Shown here piece after piece: positions 62,837 through 64,000 of a stretch of 64,000 nt of DNA. The first letter of the stretch is position 1; every line of letters starts with the position of its first letter. A program made the translations under genes and the position numbers. Source of the stretch: Malacoraja senta. Lineage: Eukaryota. The DNA lies in assembly GCA_038087875.1 (NCBI GenBank), contig CM075998.1, positions 746,001 to 810,000 on the forward strand, given 5' to 3'. The notes beneath the pieces were generated by a model, which worked only from the letters and a program-made list of their open reading frames with translations, searched no databases and was not told the DNA's origin.

Positions 62837-64000
62837 TTAATCACTACCTGTAGAACGATGGCATGGCTAAGGACAGTGCCACTCATTTTAATCAAACTGG
62901 TTGCTTACTTGAGATCTTTAAATCCCCCCCCCCCCCCATCCAAAAATAAAGATACAAGGCCAGAGAAGTAGTGGTTTCATAGTGAAGTAGAAGGTTCTCG
63001 TAGGTTGTAGCCAGTGGATTTCATTGGCTCATTGGAACGAAAAGGTAAGTAGTAGTTTTCAGAAACAAGATAACCGACCGGTAATGTTAAATATCCGCTG
63101 AGCTTCACAGCTGTGTATCTTTGTCTTCTTAAAAGTTGTCTCCACTCCTCCCCCCCCCCCCTTTTAAAGGACTTACCGTACACTGTGCTTTAGCCGTCTT
63201 TTTACAGCGCCAACCTTCCTGTTCATTGGGACGTGTGTGTGTTTCACCTTGGCTTTGCACCGTGTGAATTTTTTAGACAGTGCTCTCCCCCGCTTGCCCT
63301 ATCCCCCGCCTCCATAACGGCTGGTGAAGGAAGCGTGTGTGTGTGTGTGTGTGTTACAGTCACCGTTCCAGTTGCCGGTTTTTCAGGCGACTGCCGGCAA
63401 CTTAAGTGGGACAGGCTGGTAATAAGCTTGAAAACAAAATGCTAGAAATATTCAGCGGGTGAGGAAACATCTGTGGAGAGAGACAAATCGTTAATGTTTT
63501 TGAGTTATTCATCAGAGCTGTGGCATTTCTTTTGGTTTTAGTTTAGATTTCCACTAGCAGTCTTTTTACTTTTCTCTCCCTGATCTTGCCTGCCAGATCT
63601 GCCAACCTTGGTATCAAGGGACTTCCCTCAGTGGTTATGTGGAGGGAAAGAGTTCCACATTTACCTTGCCCTTCGTGTGAAGAATTGCTTCTTGCCTCAA
63701 ATTTTAGTCATTCTTCTTCAAGCTGAAGTCCACTCCCGCCTACCAGTTGCACATGAGCCGGTTAGCTGTACCACCATTCAGTCAGTGGCTCTCGCATCAG
63801 GAGTGGCAGAAGGATGATGCCTAGTGTTACAAATGTTCTTCACAAGAGTGACTTACAAATGGTGAGTGGATTGGCATCACAAGCCAGCCAATCCTGACCC
63901 AAAGCCAAAAGACATCAATAATTAATATTTTAAACTTTAAGACATATTTGTTATGTTATCTTGAGCGTTAATGCTCAGTAGTCTGCATTTGGTTATATCT

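Noticed and set aside
59938..64000. TSPAN31 exons (convergent neighbour in human)
   Set aside because: No tetraspanin-like coding sequence was recognised in the window.

Overview
Repeat-rich vertebrate genomic DNA, most likely from a cartilaginous fish (skate or ray, inferred from the HE1-like V-SINEs, Deu-domain SINEs and CR1 content). Two protein-coding genes lie head-to-head, as in human. MARCHF9 is on the minus strand (coding exons 1-3 at 21387-21010, 9778-9623 and 867-675; the last exon lies left of the window). CDK4 is complete on the plus strand (7 coding exons, 51970-59937, 302 aa), with a likely promoter and non-coding first exon near 43.4-43.9 kb. The rest is mostly CR1, Rex1/Babar, RTE and Tx1 LINE pieces, SINEs, Harbinger- and hAT-like MITEs and a Gypsy relic. 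The most notable structure is a Penelope-like (PLE, GIY-YIG) system. A 1.93-kb near-perfect palindromic insertion (38611-40539) has a 16-bp target-site duplication (TSD), a one-sided 32-bp tail and a minimal hammerhead-ribozyme motif in each arm. Many 75-450-bp non-coding copies of the same hammerhead-bearing terminus, often fold-backs with their own 11-19-bp TSDs, are scattered through the window, including inside the CDK4 transcription unit. All family assignments come from sequence recognition alone; no database search was run.
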